Source of the DNA: Ruditapes philippinarum
Lineage: Eukaryota
DNA length: 64,000 bases
NCBI RefSeq assembly: GCF_026571515.1
Contig: NW_026852521.1
Coordinates: forward strand, 1 to 64,000
Reading direction: 5' to 3'
Within the stretch, counting starts at the first letter, position 1; the number at the start of each line of letters is the position of its first letter. Made by a program: the position numbers and the translations under genes. Positions 38,559 to 52,900 of this stretch are shown piece after piece. The notes beneath the pieces are model-generated. The model was given only the letters and a program-made list of their open reading frames with translations. It did not search any database and was not told the DNA's origin.

Positions 38559-41318
38559 TCAGTAAATGATACCTGATAGCCAAATGCAGGACATGTGAGT
38601 CTAATGAAACTTAATAACAAGTATTCTCAGTTACATAAGACTGAGAAGCATTAATCAAGTGGTTTGTATCATATAGCAAGGAATAATTTGATAAATTTGT
38701 TTGTTCTCATTTGAGACTATTGGCCAAAGTCAAGGTCATAGTTGGAGATCAAAGGTCAACATTGTCAGATGGAGGCTATATTTTGTGTTCTGTCAATAAT
38801 TTATTCACCCTTCAAGGGATTTTGTAATAACTTGGCACAAATATTTAACAGAATAAGATGATGTGTAATTTTCCAGCACTTAGGTCCCTACATCCAAGGT
38901 CAAGGTCACATTTTTAGCTCACCTGTCACAAAGTGACAGGGTGAGCTTTTGTGATCGCTTTTCGTCCGGCGTCCGTCCGTCGTCCGTCCGTCGTCCGTCC
39001 GTCCGTCCGTCCGTAAACTTTTACTTTAAATGACATCTCCTCATAAACCACTAAGCCAATTTCATCCAAACTTCACAGGAATGTTCCTTTGGTGGTCACC
39101 TTTAAAAATTGTTCAAAGAATTTAATTCCATGCAGAACTCTGGTTGCCATGGCAACCAAAAGAAAAAACCTTAAATATCTTCTTTTCAAAAACCATAAGA
39201 GGTAGAGCTTAGATATTTGGCATGAAACATCTTCTAGTGAGTGTCTACCAAGTTTGTTCAAATAAAAGCCCTGGGGTCAAAATTGGCCCCCCCCCGGGGT
39301 GTCATTGATTTTCCCTATATGCATATAGTAAAAACTTAAAAAATCTTCTTTTAAAGAACCCAAAGAGCTAGAGCTAAGATATTTAGCATGAAACATGTTC
39401 TAATGGGTGTCTACCAAGTTTGTTCAAATAAAAGCCCTGGGGTCAAAATTGGCCCCGCCCCGGGGGGTCATTGACTTTCCCTATATGCATATAGTAAAAA
39501 CTTAAAAAATCTTCTTTAAAGATCCAAAAGAGTTAGAGCTAAGATATTTAGCATGAAACATGTTCTAATAAGTGTCTACCAAGTTTGTTCAAATAAAAGC
39601 CCTGGGGTCAAAATTGGCCCCGCCCCGGGGGTTCATTGATTTTCCCTATATGCATATAGTAAAAACTTAAAAAATCTTCTTTTAAAGAAATCGAAGAGCT
39701 GTGGCTAAGATATTTAGCATCAAACATGTTCTAATAGGTGTCTACCAAGTTTCTTCAAATAAAAGCCCTGGGGTCAAAATTGGCCGCGCCCCGGGGGTCA
39801 TTGATTTTCCTTATATGTGTATAGCAAAAACTTAAAAAATCTTCTTTGAAAAAACCCAAATAGCTAGAGTTAAGATATTAAGCATGAAACATCTTTTAGT
39901 GAGTGTCTACAAAGTTTGTTCAAATAAAAGACCTGGGGTCAAAATTGGCCCCGCCCCGGGGGTCATTGATTTTCTTTATATGTGTGTAATAGGATGGGTA
40001 TTTACGGTAATCTAAGTTAACAGTTAATCTAGTAGTTATGAGTTACTATCTTTCATACTTATTGCATGGTATATACAATGTTATTCTCAACCAATCAAAT
40101 TGTTGTTTTGAATACTGAATTGTATAAATAAGCTGACTTTGGTAATGTTAGCGAGGTTAGGTACTGTACCTACTCTGGTCAGTACAACAAGGCTTAGCCT
40201 TGAAACATTAAACTGGACTTAGTCCTTAACAAACGTTTTATGTTTATTATAAACGACCATATATAAAAATATCAAAAACATAATCTTAATTAAATAATAA
40301 ATATAGTTATTCTTAATATAAAACTAAATATAATTTGATTAGTATTCTCTTTCAATTTGTTAGGGCTTTTCATATATTAAAAGCATTGATTGAAATTGAA
40401 TTTACTAGTTGTTGTTGTTTAGTCCATCATCTTTATATAGTGACACTTATATAAATCAACTGAGCCCTGAGAATTTACTCCAGTTATAATTTGTGATCGT
40501 TTGGTCTCCGTGTAAAGCATTGATTCTCATTAGAACCTGACCACTATTACATTGGTGCCGTGACCATAGAATTCAGTGCTTGCATAGAGACCATACATGT
40601 ATATAAGTCATATATAAATTAAGTTTAGTTTGTATTGTGTAAATAATACAACTTTTACAGTGATGACATGACTATATGCATGTAGATCTATAAATTTGTG
40701 TATTGTTTGGTACATATTTTGTGAATTGTACTAAATATTATTACGTGTAGTAATTTGAGAATCTATCTCATTTTCAATTTATATTGCACTATAACATTGA
40801 TTTCATAACTGGTGACTTTATATAGTGTGTTCTTTTTGCTAATTATTATTTTTCAGTGTCTTGTGTACTAGTATAGCAAAGTACAGACATTTCATGTTAA
40901 TCTGAAATACATGTATAAATGTAAAAATTATATTGGGCATTATTCAGTGGATGTGTATTATTATATAGATGTTGGACTTTTCAATACAATAATAATAAAA
41001 ATCTAAGAAAGTTTAAATAAGGAATAAAATAGGGTAAATTAAAATTAAAAAGTTTAGGAGTTTAAAAAAAATACATAGGATATATTTGTAATTTAGTAAC
41101 ATAAAATAAGTAAACTATTTGAAAATAAACTATAAAATAAACATACATTCATGTCATAAAATGATAAAGTAAAAAAAAAATAAAAAGTTTAAAACATGAT
41201 ATATTGACTATATACTTGTTTAAAAGTGTAAGGTTTATAAATAGTGGGTAAAATATTATCTTGAGTGTATATAATATAATACATGTATATGTATATAAAG
41301 TGCAGGTAAAGGTATACC

Positions 41319-43172
41319 ATGGCACAAGGTGGTCAAACAAGTTTTTCTACCGACGGTATCGGTCAATATTATGTAACTGAACAGTTAGGATATAATGAAC
41401 ATAATATACATGCTACTACACCTAGCACGAGAATTTCAAACACTCATTCACCACTTTATGTAGATTCATTTCCTTCTAATACAAGGCAAAGGGACACAGC
41501 ACATTCACAAAGGTATAGTGAAACTTTTGATGATAAATTAAGGTCTCCATATTTGGAAGAAAATTTTGTGTTTTCCCCTATTCATAAAACTGAAATTGAG
41601 GGACATTTGAATACACCTGAACAAATTATTTATAACAGGTATAGTTCAGATATGCCTACGCGTACACATGTACAGACACCGTTAGTTTTTAAGGGTAGTG
41701 AAGAGGGGTTGTTACGAACCAGTGATGGCTTTGTTTTGTCTAATACAAACAATGGACAACAACATCAGCGCCTAGGAACGTTTACCCCACAAATGCGTTC
41801 AGTAAATTATGATAGAGAGAAAGAAACAATTTCTCAAAATAAATCTTACACAGTACCAATGGTTACTATAAGAGAATATAGTGATGTTAAGCATTCACTT
41901 CCTTTGACTACAGCACCAGGTTTAAAGAGATATACTACACCAATCACCATCAACACTTACCAAACACCATTAACGCATACATTACCTCATATGTATAATA
42001 ATAATATGGGACAGACATCTCAAAAGTGTATACAAACAAATGCTGCATACATGACACCTCATACGCAGTCAAGCTATATGCCTATGCCTAGTAACATGCC
42101 AGTATTTAATTATAATACACATGAAAATCATACTAGTCCTCATTCAAACTCAAATAGAAACATAAAACCAGACAAATTTGATGGTTCTACCACTGAGTGG
42201 ACAGATTATATAATTCATTTTGAACGTGTTGCCTCCTGGAATGAATGGAATGAGCAACAAAAGGCGTGCATGTTATCCATCAATTTAAGGGGGGAAGCCC
42301 AGCGTTTACTTTCAACATTAAGTTCCTCTCAGTTAACAGATTATAATGAAATAAAACGAGCCCTGACTCAAAGGTTCAGTCCACAAGAGCGGGAACTGGC
42401 ATATAGGTGTGAATTCCGAAACAGGAAAAGGAATTCTGGGGAGTCTGTATCAGATTATGGATATGCATTAAGACGTATAGGACAGAAAGCATTTCCTTTA
42501 ATGCCCCATACGGCACTCGAATCTTGTATCATTGATCAGTACATTCATGGTCTGGGTAATTTTGAGTTACAAAAACATGTACAATTTTTACATCCAACTA
42601 CTTTAGATCAAGCTATTAGTGCCGCGGTAGAATATGCTGCTTTACAAGGGTCACTTGATAAAAGATCAAAACCCGTAGATGACGAAATTACAAGGGGACT
42701 ACTCTTCCATTGAAAGAAAATATAGTTTCTTCCCTTAGGCCATCAAATATGAAAACTGATTGTAATCTTGAAGATTTACAGCAAATGTTATCTTCTTTGT
42801 TAGATCAAAAACTTGAACAAAAGTTTAATGAAAAAATGTCTATGCTTGAAAACAAATACTCTGATAATGTTATTAAGAAACAAAACATATCAAGACAAAA
42901 TAGCCCTTCACGTAATTTACGTGCAGATTCATCTCCACACAATAACAGACGAGTGGGAATTCAGAATAGATCCCCAAATCATTCCCCAAATAGGAATTTA
43001 AGGAATAATTCTAGGAATATTTCCTGTTCATATTGTAATAAACTGGGACATACAGAAAGTCAATGTTTTTTCAAAAGAGCGTAGAGATATTTTCTGTACT
43101 TTTTGTAAAAAGAAAGGCCATATTGAGAGCCGTTGCTTTCTAAAACAAAATGCTCCCTTACAGGAAAACTAG
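41319..43172 (+). CDS. gag: Retrotransposon Gag (capsid plus two CCHC knuckles), with 1-nt frame breaks near 42700 and 43075
   Basis: Capsid-like region KPDKFDG..W.DY..HFE.VA.WN.W...LRGEAQ...L..RF, then CSYCNKLGHTESQC and, in the next frame, CTFCKKKGHIESRC ending QEN*. Confidence 0.85.
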
Positions 43173-44502
43173 AACGGACTGAGGTTGTGGCCAAAACTTC
43201 AGTCATTTGTAAAAATACTAGGCCAATATGTGACATTACTATGACAAAATGTGACACGCAGTGTTCACAAATTAGTGAAAACACTGAAAACACGAACTTG
43301 AAAAATGTTAGTTTACCAGAAATTGACAAACATAAACATTGTTCCGTTAAAAGTACTTTAACGTCTGAACATTCAAATACAAATGAACAAAACACAATGT
43401 ATAGGAAAATCCCGGAAATAACAATTACTCCACCCGAATTAAGTCCTACTCCTACTATAACTGAGACGAATGCTCAACGTGACTTAGGTCAAAAACTAGG
43501 ACAAGAGTGTTCCGCAAACGAAGGTCAAAATGTATATCGTGCAAATATAGATGAACAAAGTACATGTACGAATACATATACACCGTTTAGTTTGAAATTT
43601 AAAGTCACTGATTCAAATCATATTGAGAGTAAGGTTTTGCAACAGAATAATGTTGATATAAAAACACCACAAAATTTAGGCCAAGAAAAGGAAAACATTG
43701 TTTCTGATATAGGTGAAAAAAATAAAACATCATGTTATTATGTAAAAACTGCTATAGGGCAGGTTAAGGGAGGAATGCTCATAGATTCTGGAAGTCCAGT
43801 TTCAATTATTTCCACCAAGTGTTTATGATAGACTAGAAAATAAGCCTAAGTTAGAACTTGTTAAAGTGCCTCTATCTACTGCAAATGGGGTCAGGCTAAA
43901 AATTGCTGGAAAATGTACACTTAATTTTGAAATTGAACATCTTGCATTTTATTTTGAGTTTTATAGTTGCTGATATTGAGGAAACAATAGGCATTTTAGG
44001 CATTGATTTCTTCGAAAATTATAATGTCAGTCTGAAAGTACACAAACGCATGCTAAAAACTAGTGTGGGAAAAGTGAGATTGTATAACTTTAACTCAAGA
44101 ATGTGTGCAAAGGTACAAATAACAGATATTCCTCATAAAAACAAACCATTATTACACAACTACGATCATGACAATTTGAATAAGTTCAGTGCAACACGCA
44201 AGTACTGGTTTATAGATAAAATAGATAATGGTAAAATGATACTTCAATATGCATTGGACAATAATCAAAGTAAATCTTTTGAAACATTAGACACAAACTC
44301 TGTGTCAATATTTCAAACATATTTATACTTTGAGAGAAGCAAGCAGTTACTTATTCAAAGCAAAATAATTATGCTAGAACTGATGTCATGGATTAAAAGA
44401 GTGAAATGCTACTTAAAAATGACCATGTCTAACCAAGACTTAGACTTATGTATGAAATGGAATGTACAGAAAAATACCAAGTTTAAATCAACACGACTTT
44501 AG
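43163..44502 (+). pseudogene. Retrotransposon aspartic protease region (-1 frame to gag), frameshifted and truncated before RT
   Basis: LIDSGSPVSII, TANG and FIVADIEETIGILGIDFF motifs spread across frames. No YxDD, RNase H or integrase motifs were seen before the PPT. Confidence 0.8.
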
Positions 44503-47500
44503 AGGAAGATAAATTGATATGAATCATTTATCCTAAAAATGTAAATGTAATACAAAGTATACATTAATTAAATATTGTGATGATAATACATAGTTTGATT
44601 TAAAATAGCAGTATTCATGTTGACATATGGAATTGAATATATGTCCACATTGTATGTCTGAAAGATAAAGAGTTTAGACTTGTCATTTATTATGTTTATA
44701 TGAATATTAATTCTTGTTTAATTTTTCAGACTTCATATACATGTACATACTCAAGCCAGTTGTAACACACAAAACACCGCTTGTAATGGTGAAACACCAT
44801 GGACTCCACATTGTTTATATTCCACTACTGCATGTGCTCAATTCAGAGTGTATTCTAACATCAGGACTTTACAGTTTCATCGAGAACATTGAAAGTGGTG
44901 TGTTGCTTGAGTGATGTTTCATTCTTATTGTAATTCTTAACTTCCTTTGTTTTTGACATTATATTTATTAAATTTAAATCTCTAATTACATGGGGTTTCT
45001 TTGTTTTTAAGGAGGGAGGAATGTAATAGGATGGGTATTTACGGTAATCTAAGTTAACAGTTAATCTAGTAGTTATGAGTTACTATCTTTCATACTTATT
45101 GCATGGTATATACAATGTTATTCTCAACCAATCAAATTGTTGTTTTGAATACTGAATTGTATAAATAAGCTGACTTTGGTAATGTTAGCTAGGTTAGGTA
45201 CTGTACCTACTCTGGTCAGTACAACAAGGCTTAGCCTTGAAACATTAAACTGGACTTAGTCCTTAACAAACGTTTATGTTTATTATAAACGACCATATAT
45301 AAAAATATCATAAACATAATCTTAATTAAAATAAATATAGTTATTCTTAATATAAAAACTAAATATAATTTGATTAGTATTCTCTTTCAATTTGTTAGGG
45401 CTTTTCATATATTAAAAAGCATTGATTGAAATTGAATTTACTAGTTGTTGTTGTTTAGTCCATCATCTTTATATAGTGACACTTGTATATAAATCTACTG
45501 AGCCCTGAGAATTTACTCCAGTTATAATTTGTGATCGTTTGGTCTCCGTGTAAAGCATTGATTCTCATTAGAACCTGACCACTATTACATGTGTATAGCA
45601 AAAACTTAAAATCTTCTTTGAAAAAACCCAAATAGCTAGAGTTTAGATATTAAGCATGAAACATCTTCTAGTAAGTGTCAACAAAGTTTGTTCAAATAAA
45701 AGCCCTGGGGTCAAAACTGGCCGGGCCCCAGGGGTGTCATTGTTTTTAACTATATGTGTATAGTAAAAACTTAAAAAAAAATCTTCTTTTAGCTAGAGCT
45801 TAGATGTTTAGCATGAAACATCTTCTTATAGGTGTCTACCAAGATTGTGCAAATAAAAGCCCTGCAACGTTGGGGGTTGGGGGTGGGCTATATACAGGTG
45901 AGCGACCTCAGGGCCATCATGGCCCTCTTGTTAATATGGTCTTATAATTATAGGACCTGTTTTGTGCCTGGTCCACAACTTTTTATTCATGAAATGATTC
46001 TGAAATGAGTTTGCACAAATATTCACCATAATAAGACAATTATCTCCCTTTATGTACTTTTTTAGTAATGAAAAATGCTCAGATATATTTCTATTGATAT
46101 ATTCATTTTTATAATGAATTTATTGTTGCATGTTTATCAAGCTTTTGCACTGAAAGTCCACATCCATACCTAAAACATTTGAAATAATATTATTGTGTGC
46201 TTCATATAAAAAACTTCCTTTAGGCATGAATCATTTTTAACCTGGCCACTATAAATTCCTGTTTTACATTTGATCCATTGTAAAAACAGTAATTTACTAT
46301 TGTTGGAACGACCCTCAAGCACAATATTGTCATTTTAAAGGTTGAGTGTATGTAGAGATGTATCCACCTTTCATAATGAACAACCTTGAATGGATATTAT
46401 TTTATATAGTTAAATACTGGTTATAGGTAATTCTTTACGACATATTTTCATTGTAACTTGCTGTAATATGAAATAGAATAATCAGTAGTCAGGTAATGTA
46501 AGATCGGACAGTAATTGACAGCATAAATGAGGGATATATTGAATTAAGTGTGAATTTAAGATTGTTTAACTACAACAAATGTAATCTTTGTTATATTGCA
46601 TGTATATGTGAAGGGCATGTTTATTATGATAATCTTGTCATCTATATGTTAGCATATAACATAACCTCATGTGAAGTTCATCTGTATGTGTGTCGCGTAC
46701 ATTAAAATTGTGTTAGATTTATCAGAGACATAGATCTATGTCTCTGGATTTATGATACTGGAAATTAAAGATTCATAAGTGCATGTTTATTAGGCTTCCT
46801 GTTCATAGATTTAGTCTGCTGTTATAGAAGTGAAAGTATATCTTACTTAATGTAATTGTGGAAGCATTCACTTTTTGAATTTATTTTTATATACATGTGT
46901 GTTTATGACAGGTAATTGAAGGTTTTATTTCTTTTTAACAGTTTAGCTAGGTTTATTGAAGTTTTACAATACTGGGCTATATTGTAGTTCTTCTAGTCTT
47001 TTACCTGGTAGTGTATATTTTCATATGAATCCAGGTCTTGTCAAGTACTTGTATATAGATCTATATGAACATATGTCTTGTTTAATTGTTGTAACAGTGT
47101 ATAACAGACAGCTGACATACTGTAATTAATATTGCCTTATCAAAGGTTTAAAATACTGTCAATATTAACATGTTTGTCACCTGTAATATGATATCTCATT
47201 AAGTATTGTTAACCTTTCAGTGTACACATTGTACTCTCTTATAGTTATTTTATTACCTTTGATGTATAGTTTATGAGTTGGTTTAAGCACTGTCTTTACA
47301 CACTTCATGTTATAATATATTTGTCTTGGTGTACAATATTGGCCTTGGTAAAACAATTGTGTTCACTGAAGCATTTCAACAATAACAACAACTTTGGAGG
47401 GTTGTTCAAAAAGTTTCAATTTGTAAAATGAGCTGAATTGTTTATCTTGCTACCGGTATGTCTATCTTGTCATGGAAATAAGTCAAGGCTGTGTTGTGGG

Positions 47501-47669
47501 ATAATGAAATACATGTTGTACCCATTCAGCAAGAGTGGGTGTCTGTTGCCAAGTCGTTCAGGTCACTGATTCAATGAATACTTGCCCATAGCTGACTTTG
47601 GATCTTATTTTGACAGGGACATGTTAGGATCAAGCTTGGTAGGTGATAACAAGTTGAACATAAAGGTCT

Positions 47670-47890
47670 TCCTTCACCAGCAATTTTCTTCACCAGTTAT
47701 TTCCTTCACCAGTAAATTCCTTCATCAGTATTTTCCTTCATCCTTCATCAGTATTTTCCTTCATCCTTCATCAGTATTTTTCTTCACCAGCTATTTCCTT
47801 TACCTGTAAATTCCTTCATCAGTATTTTCCTTCATCTTTCATCAGTATTTTCCTTAATCAGTAATTTCCCTTCACCAATAATTTTCTTCA
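47670..47890. repeat. Degenerate ~17-24-bp tandem repeat (ccttcatcagtatttt)
   Basis: Direct reading. Confidence 0.8.
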
Positions 47891-49978
47891 ACAAAATAAG
47901 TGCATAGGATTAAAGGTTAGAATTAGGGGTGAGCAGCTAAAATTTCTGCACATTTTAAACGTTTAATGTCTGAACTACAAGTGTTTCTTGAAATGATATA
48001 AGATGATGAAATTAAAAAAAAAAATAACAAAAAAACTTCATTATCTTTTGCTTTGAAAAAGTTTATCCAGACATCATAACAGAACAGTTATTTATATAAA
48101 TTATCAAATTTTGTATTATAAAGATTGTTATTCCTGAATTATATACTCTTGTGTCATAATGAAGAAGACTGCTTGTTGAAAGAGCTCTTTCTGGATTCCA
48201 TGATGTGTATTATTTTGTCAGTTTTATGCTGTTAGTCAGTTATGATGCCATATAGAACTTTCATTACATTTTGTGGGATTTATATACAGATGTGTTATGC
48301 TAGCATACACCTGGGATGGTACCCTCATGTCATATATTAAAGTTTTACTGATTAAAGTTGTAGTTACAGAAATACTAAACAATTCATGACATTTTATAAA
48401 AATAACATAATGCCATGTCTGTGAATAATTCGTTTTTCTCCACCTTCCTCTACCCTTATGAACTCTGCACAAGTTATTCTTTTTTATGAAGTGTTCTCTA
48501 ACTCATTCATGAGACTTTGGGCAATGAGATAATATTTTAGCAAAAACAGAATGGCCTGTTATCTGTCAAGCTTTTTCTTGCAGCTCTTTTCATTATCATT
48601 AACTTCTTTAAAACAGAATCTCAAAAATTACTACGTAAACTTTGACGTAACTTCACAGGAATGTTTAGGTAGTCCTTATAGATTGATTCTGTCTGATGCA
48701 TTAGCATTAAGGAAGCCAAAAGATAAAAAAATAAAATCTTAAATTGCTGTGATATTGTGGTATAGTGTGGTATACATAAAAGTTACAGTATATGAATTAT
48801 GCCTTTTGAGGGCAACAATACAGGAGTTGGTCGCCTTTGTCTTCTCAGATATAGTAAGAAGCTTTTACTGTGACCACACCTGTTGTAAGTAGAACAGCTG
48901 GTTGTGAGTAGGAAATCTGGATGTGAGTAGAAAAACTTGTTGTGGGTTAAAAGAAATGGACATATTTTGACAGGATTATTTTGCACTTGTATCGGGTAAA
49001 TTTTCTTTTTTATTGCTGATAACATAGAAAGTTATGTCTATAGAAGGTCACATCAATGAAATACATGTCTGAAATAAGTCTTAAGTGTAAGTTGTTTAGA
49101 GTGATTTAAATGTGTACTGTTTGGGTACAAACATGAAAACATTTGATTTATATAATGCAATTTATATAATGCATTAATTATTTTCAGTCTATGAAGGTTG
49201 CACAAAATAAAGCCCTTTGCTGAAGAATGACCTCACCTTTTTCATTATAGACCAAATTTATTTAAAGATAAGTTTAACACTATAGAGATAAAAAATAATG
49301 TTATTTATGGTCACTGGATACACAAGCAATGATATAATGCATTAAAAGACTAAACTTTAGCCTTATACAAGGTACTCTTATACAATTTTATCTTCCTTTT
49401 GTGATTAATGGACATTGCTTGATATCACATTTCAAATGTGAACTTGCTATTTTTTCTTCCATTAATAATAATACTGTTACCCTTCATTTTCTTATATTAA
49501 TGGTTGTGTAAACAATGTCACACTTTAATTCTTTAAATATATATAGACCATGTATGTTACTAATATTGTGTTTGTATTTTAGATTTGTTAGCGGTGATGA
49601 GGGGTTGGCAAGGGGACTTCATGAAAAATTCAAATTCTAAATATATTGTAGTGATCATAATTTGAACAATTAAAATGGCAACTGTGTGTGGACTTAAATA
49701 TTTCAATTAAACTTCAATTACTGGGATAATTAATTTTATAGCTTCACACCTATTCTGAATTAGAAGTTTATATGATGCTATATTTGTATGTGGCTATAAT
49801 TATAATCTACATTACTTTTCTAAAATTTATAAATGAATGAAAAATAATGTAGAATTGTGTTTTTTTCTGATAATCAATTTTGTTTTATATTGTTGTTTAT
49901 ACTTTATGTTAATATTGATGATCAAACGCAGTGTTACTGCTCTCTTTGTCATGTTATACAGTCTGATACAAGATAAAG

Positions 49979-52900
49979 ATGGTAGTCAGTAGAAGATGTA
50001 TCATGAACCAGTTGTGTTACCGTGTATCAAGAAGCAAGGTTCACATATTGTTATTGCTTACATCTGCATGTCTTCTACTCCTGTATAAAAGGTATTTATA
50101 CTCTAAATTAATCTTTGCCATACTTATATATTCCCTTGTTTTGTACAAGGATTTTAAAGTTCCATGCCTAAATATTTTAAAAAATCAACCTTGAGAAAAA
50201 TGTACCAAGATTTTAAGAAAAGTAACATTTTCACAGTAATGCATGATTTTGAAGTATTTATAAGGATATTTCTACTGCCTGACTAATGCAGTTATGGATA
50301 TTTCTGCATATTCTAACCTATTTCAGGTAATTTTCATAGATTTAAATGCTGTGTGCAAAGTGTAAATTACTTCTTTGTTCACTTGGCAATATTTACTTTT
50401 AGTACATTTTAAAAATGTTCATGAAAATAAGCATAAATCTGCAGTGTAAGCTTTTCATTCAGTACATATTTTTTCTAAAAATGATGAATGGTTTTATCTG
50501 GATTGAAAGATTGACAAGTTAAGATGTTTATAATAAAACAGCATGGTAAGTGTTTAGAAAAAGGGGAGCTATATTATTCTACATTATAGTTATATGATTT
50601 GCTGTTGTGTAGCTTTTGGTTAAAGTTGTGCTGGTAATTTCATTTATTATAAAACTATTCAAGGTCGTCACTTAAAACTTTGTCTTTACAATCATAATGG
50701 TAGGTCACAGATTTAAAGACTCATAACTCAAGCATTAGTCTTTACAGAGTTGTTTCTCTTTGTGAACCTAAAAATTACAATTCTTGACCAGTGGCTCTTC
50801 AGTATATACAAAAAATTTCTGACGAAATCTGTAACATTTTCCAGGAATTCAGTGACAGTTATCATAAGAACTTCATCCTCCATGTAACAGTTCCTCCCCC
50901 GTGTTATTAATCACTATAAAATTTTTCAGTGAAATACAGTCAAGTTGCTCAAGGCTGAAATAGTTACATTATACAGGCTCTTGTTTTACTATCAAGCACT
51001 GAGAATAGTTGAGCATGCTGTCCTACCAACAGCTTTTGTTTTCAATGTATATTATTCATCACTATTCAGCAGTTCCCTCATTTGTATAATTAAATAGAGA
51101 AAACAAGAATCCGTAAAGAAAGCCCAACACGTCAAAATTGAAAATCTTGCAGGCTCTGTTTGATTGAGCCTGTTCATGGACGGTACTGATAAGTGCAAAC
51201 TACCGTCCATGCCCCCTAGCACCAGCTTAAGCAGAATTCAACATTTAAACATGAAATGGTACAATTTTGAATTTAGAAATATCCGCAGATGTGTTCAAAC
51301 GGCCGTTATCATAGAACCTTCAATGTGAGACAGTAGTGCCATTCCATGAAAAGCGGCGTATGGTCCCCAAGTAATAAAAAGCGTGTGCCCTAAGTCTCTG
51401 TAGAGTACAATTGTTAATTGTGCAATTATGCAGGTTATGTTAGGTTTTGAAATAAATCTTAGTACAGTAATGATATTTTTATCTCCATTAATGAATGTGT
51501 TAAAGTCTCTGAATGACAAAATAAAGTCTGATACTGTTTTATATGTTATTGTATGCATTTAAAATTGAAGTGAAAAAATTTTCTCCCTTGAAACAGCAAT
51601 TAGTCTATGAGGCTTACTCTGTCACTGATTATACATTATATATACAAAATTCTTTATATACTTTATCTTGTTTTCAGTTCATTTGATGCAACAAACACTG
51701 GTTCAAAATACAGCTTCTCATTATTTAGAGGTAAGTGTCACTTATCTATATTTTTAGTTTAAATGTTCCTTAAAAATATATGAAAGTATGTCTACCTTAT
51801 ATCGCACAAGTCTGTTTACTTCTTGTTTAGAGTAACACTAACACTGTAAAGGTCATATATATCAAAGTTTCAGATTTTCTTATAGATGTAATACACAAAT
51901 TTCTGTCTGTATGTTTCATATTTTACATCAATATTCATGTTAGCAATCTTAAAATTTATTTGAACCACTCATGTAAATACTGATGATATAAGAGGAAACA
52001 TGGTTGTGAACCCCCTGTAGGGCTCAACCTCAGCTCCATGGCTCAACCAACTATCCTTGAGTTGAAAGGTAGACAGCTTAACCACTACAGCCTATCTCCC
52101 CTATGTTATCATTTCATACAGACATCTTGGAAGTACTCAGAGGCTCAGTTGTGCCCAAAATAATACAGCTAAGGTCTTGCTCAGTGAAGCTGGCATGACT
52201 TTATACCAAACAAACTTTCTACTAGCTGGGTTGACTGCTGCCTCACATAAAAGAATTTAATATCCAGGTGGGATTTGAACCTACAGAAAATTGAAGGTCA
52301 GGTGATTTGAAATGAGCTACTTTCATTACTTAGCAAGAAAAACCCATATTTGATTGTGGGAACTTGCCATGCTGTAAGGTAAAATGACTGATTTCTCACA
52401 CTCAGCTGCTGATTATTAGTACAGTTTCAGTGTGAAGAGTGTAAAAATATTTTTTATAGCATCATAAAAACCAGAACAAAAATTAACAAACAAAATATAG
52501 ATCAGATTTATTTGTGGTTTTGTTTTTTTTCAGAACAACAACTTCCAGAACCAACACAAGAAGATATAGACTATTTTTCAAGATTTGTTAATGTTAGTTT
52601 TGCCGTGGAGGATAATTTCATCAGTGGGGAATTAATGGGTGGAAGGGGATATTTCCTATGTAGCGTAACATTGACTAACACAGGTGTACAAACTGTAAAG
52701 GCAAAACGCTGGCATCTTTACGGTTATTTCATGAGACTTATGGAGATAGATAACTATCCTTATCAATTAGGATATCATATTAAGTCATGTGGTTTGAAAT
52801 TATTTCATGTTGGTGGCAGCTTGTACACGATTTGAACCTGACAGGGAACGTTTTCGTTGATCTCAAACCGTCCGAAATGGTAACATGTAGATTTAAGGGG

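Larger units (their letters stand above)
39985..45589 (+). mobile_element. Gypsy/Ty3-type LTR retrotransposon, non-autonomous (gag and protease only). LTRs at 39985-40551 and 45022-45589.
   Basis: TG...CA LTRs of ~567 bp that are nearly identical, TSD TGTG, tRNA-His PBS tggtgccgtgac at 40553, and PPT aaggagggaggaa at 45009-45021. Confidence 0.95.
38911..45932 (+). mobile_element. Non-autonomous Helentron/HINE-type element with ~166-bp internal tandem repeats, interrupted by an LTR retrotransposon
   Basis: 5' end ttttagctcacctgtcacaaagtgacagggtgagc, a (CGTC)n microsatellite, 166-bp array units, and 3' end caggtgagcgacctcagggccatcatggccctcttgtt. The array resumes in register after 45589. Confidence 0.85.

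Noticed and set aside
39170-39980. Regular repeat array superficially like a CRISPR
   Set aside because: Contiguous ~166-bp monomers with no unique spacers, in eukaryotic DNA with no cas genes.
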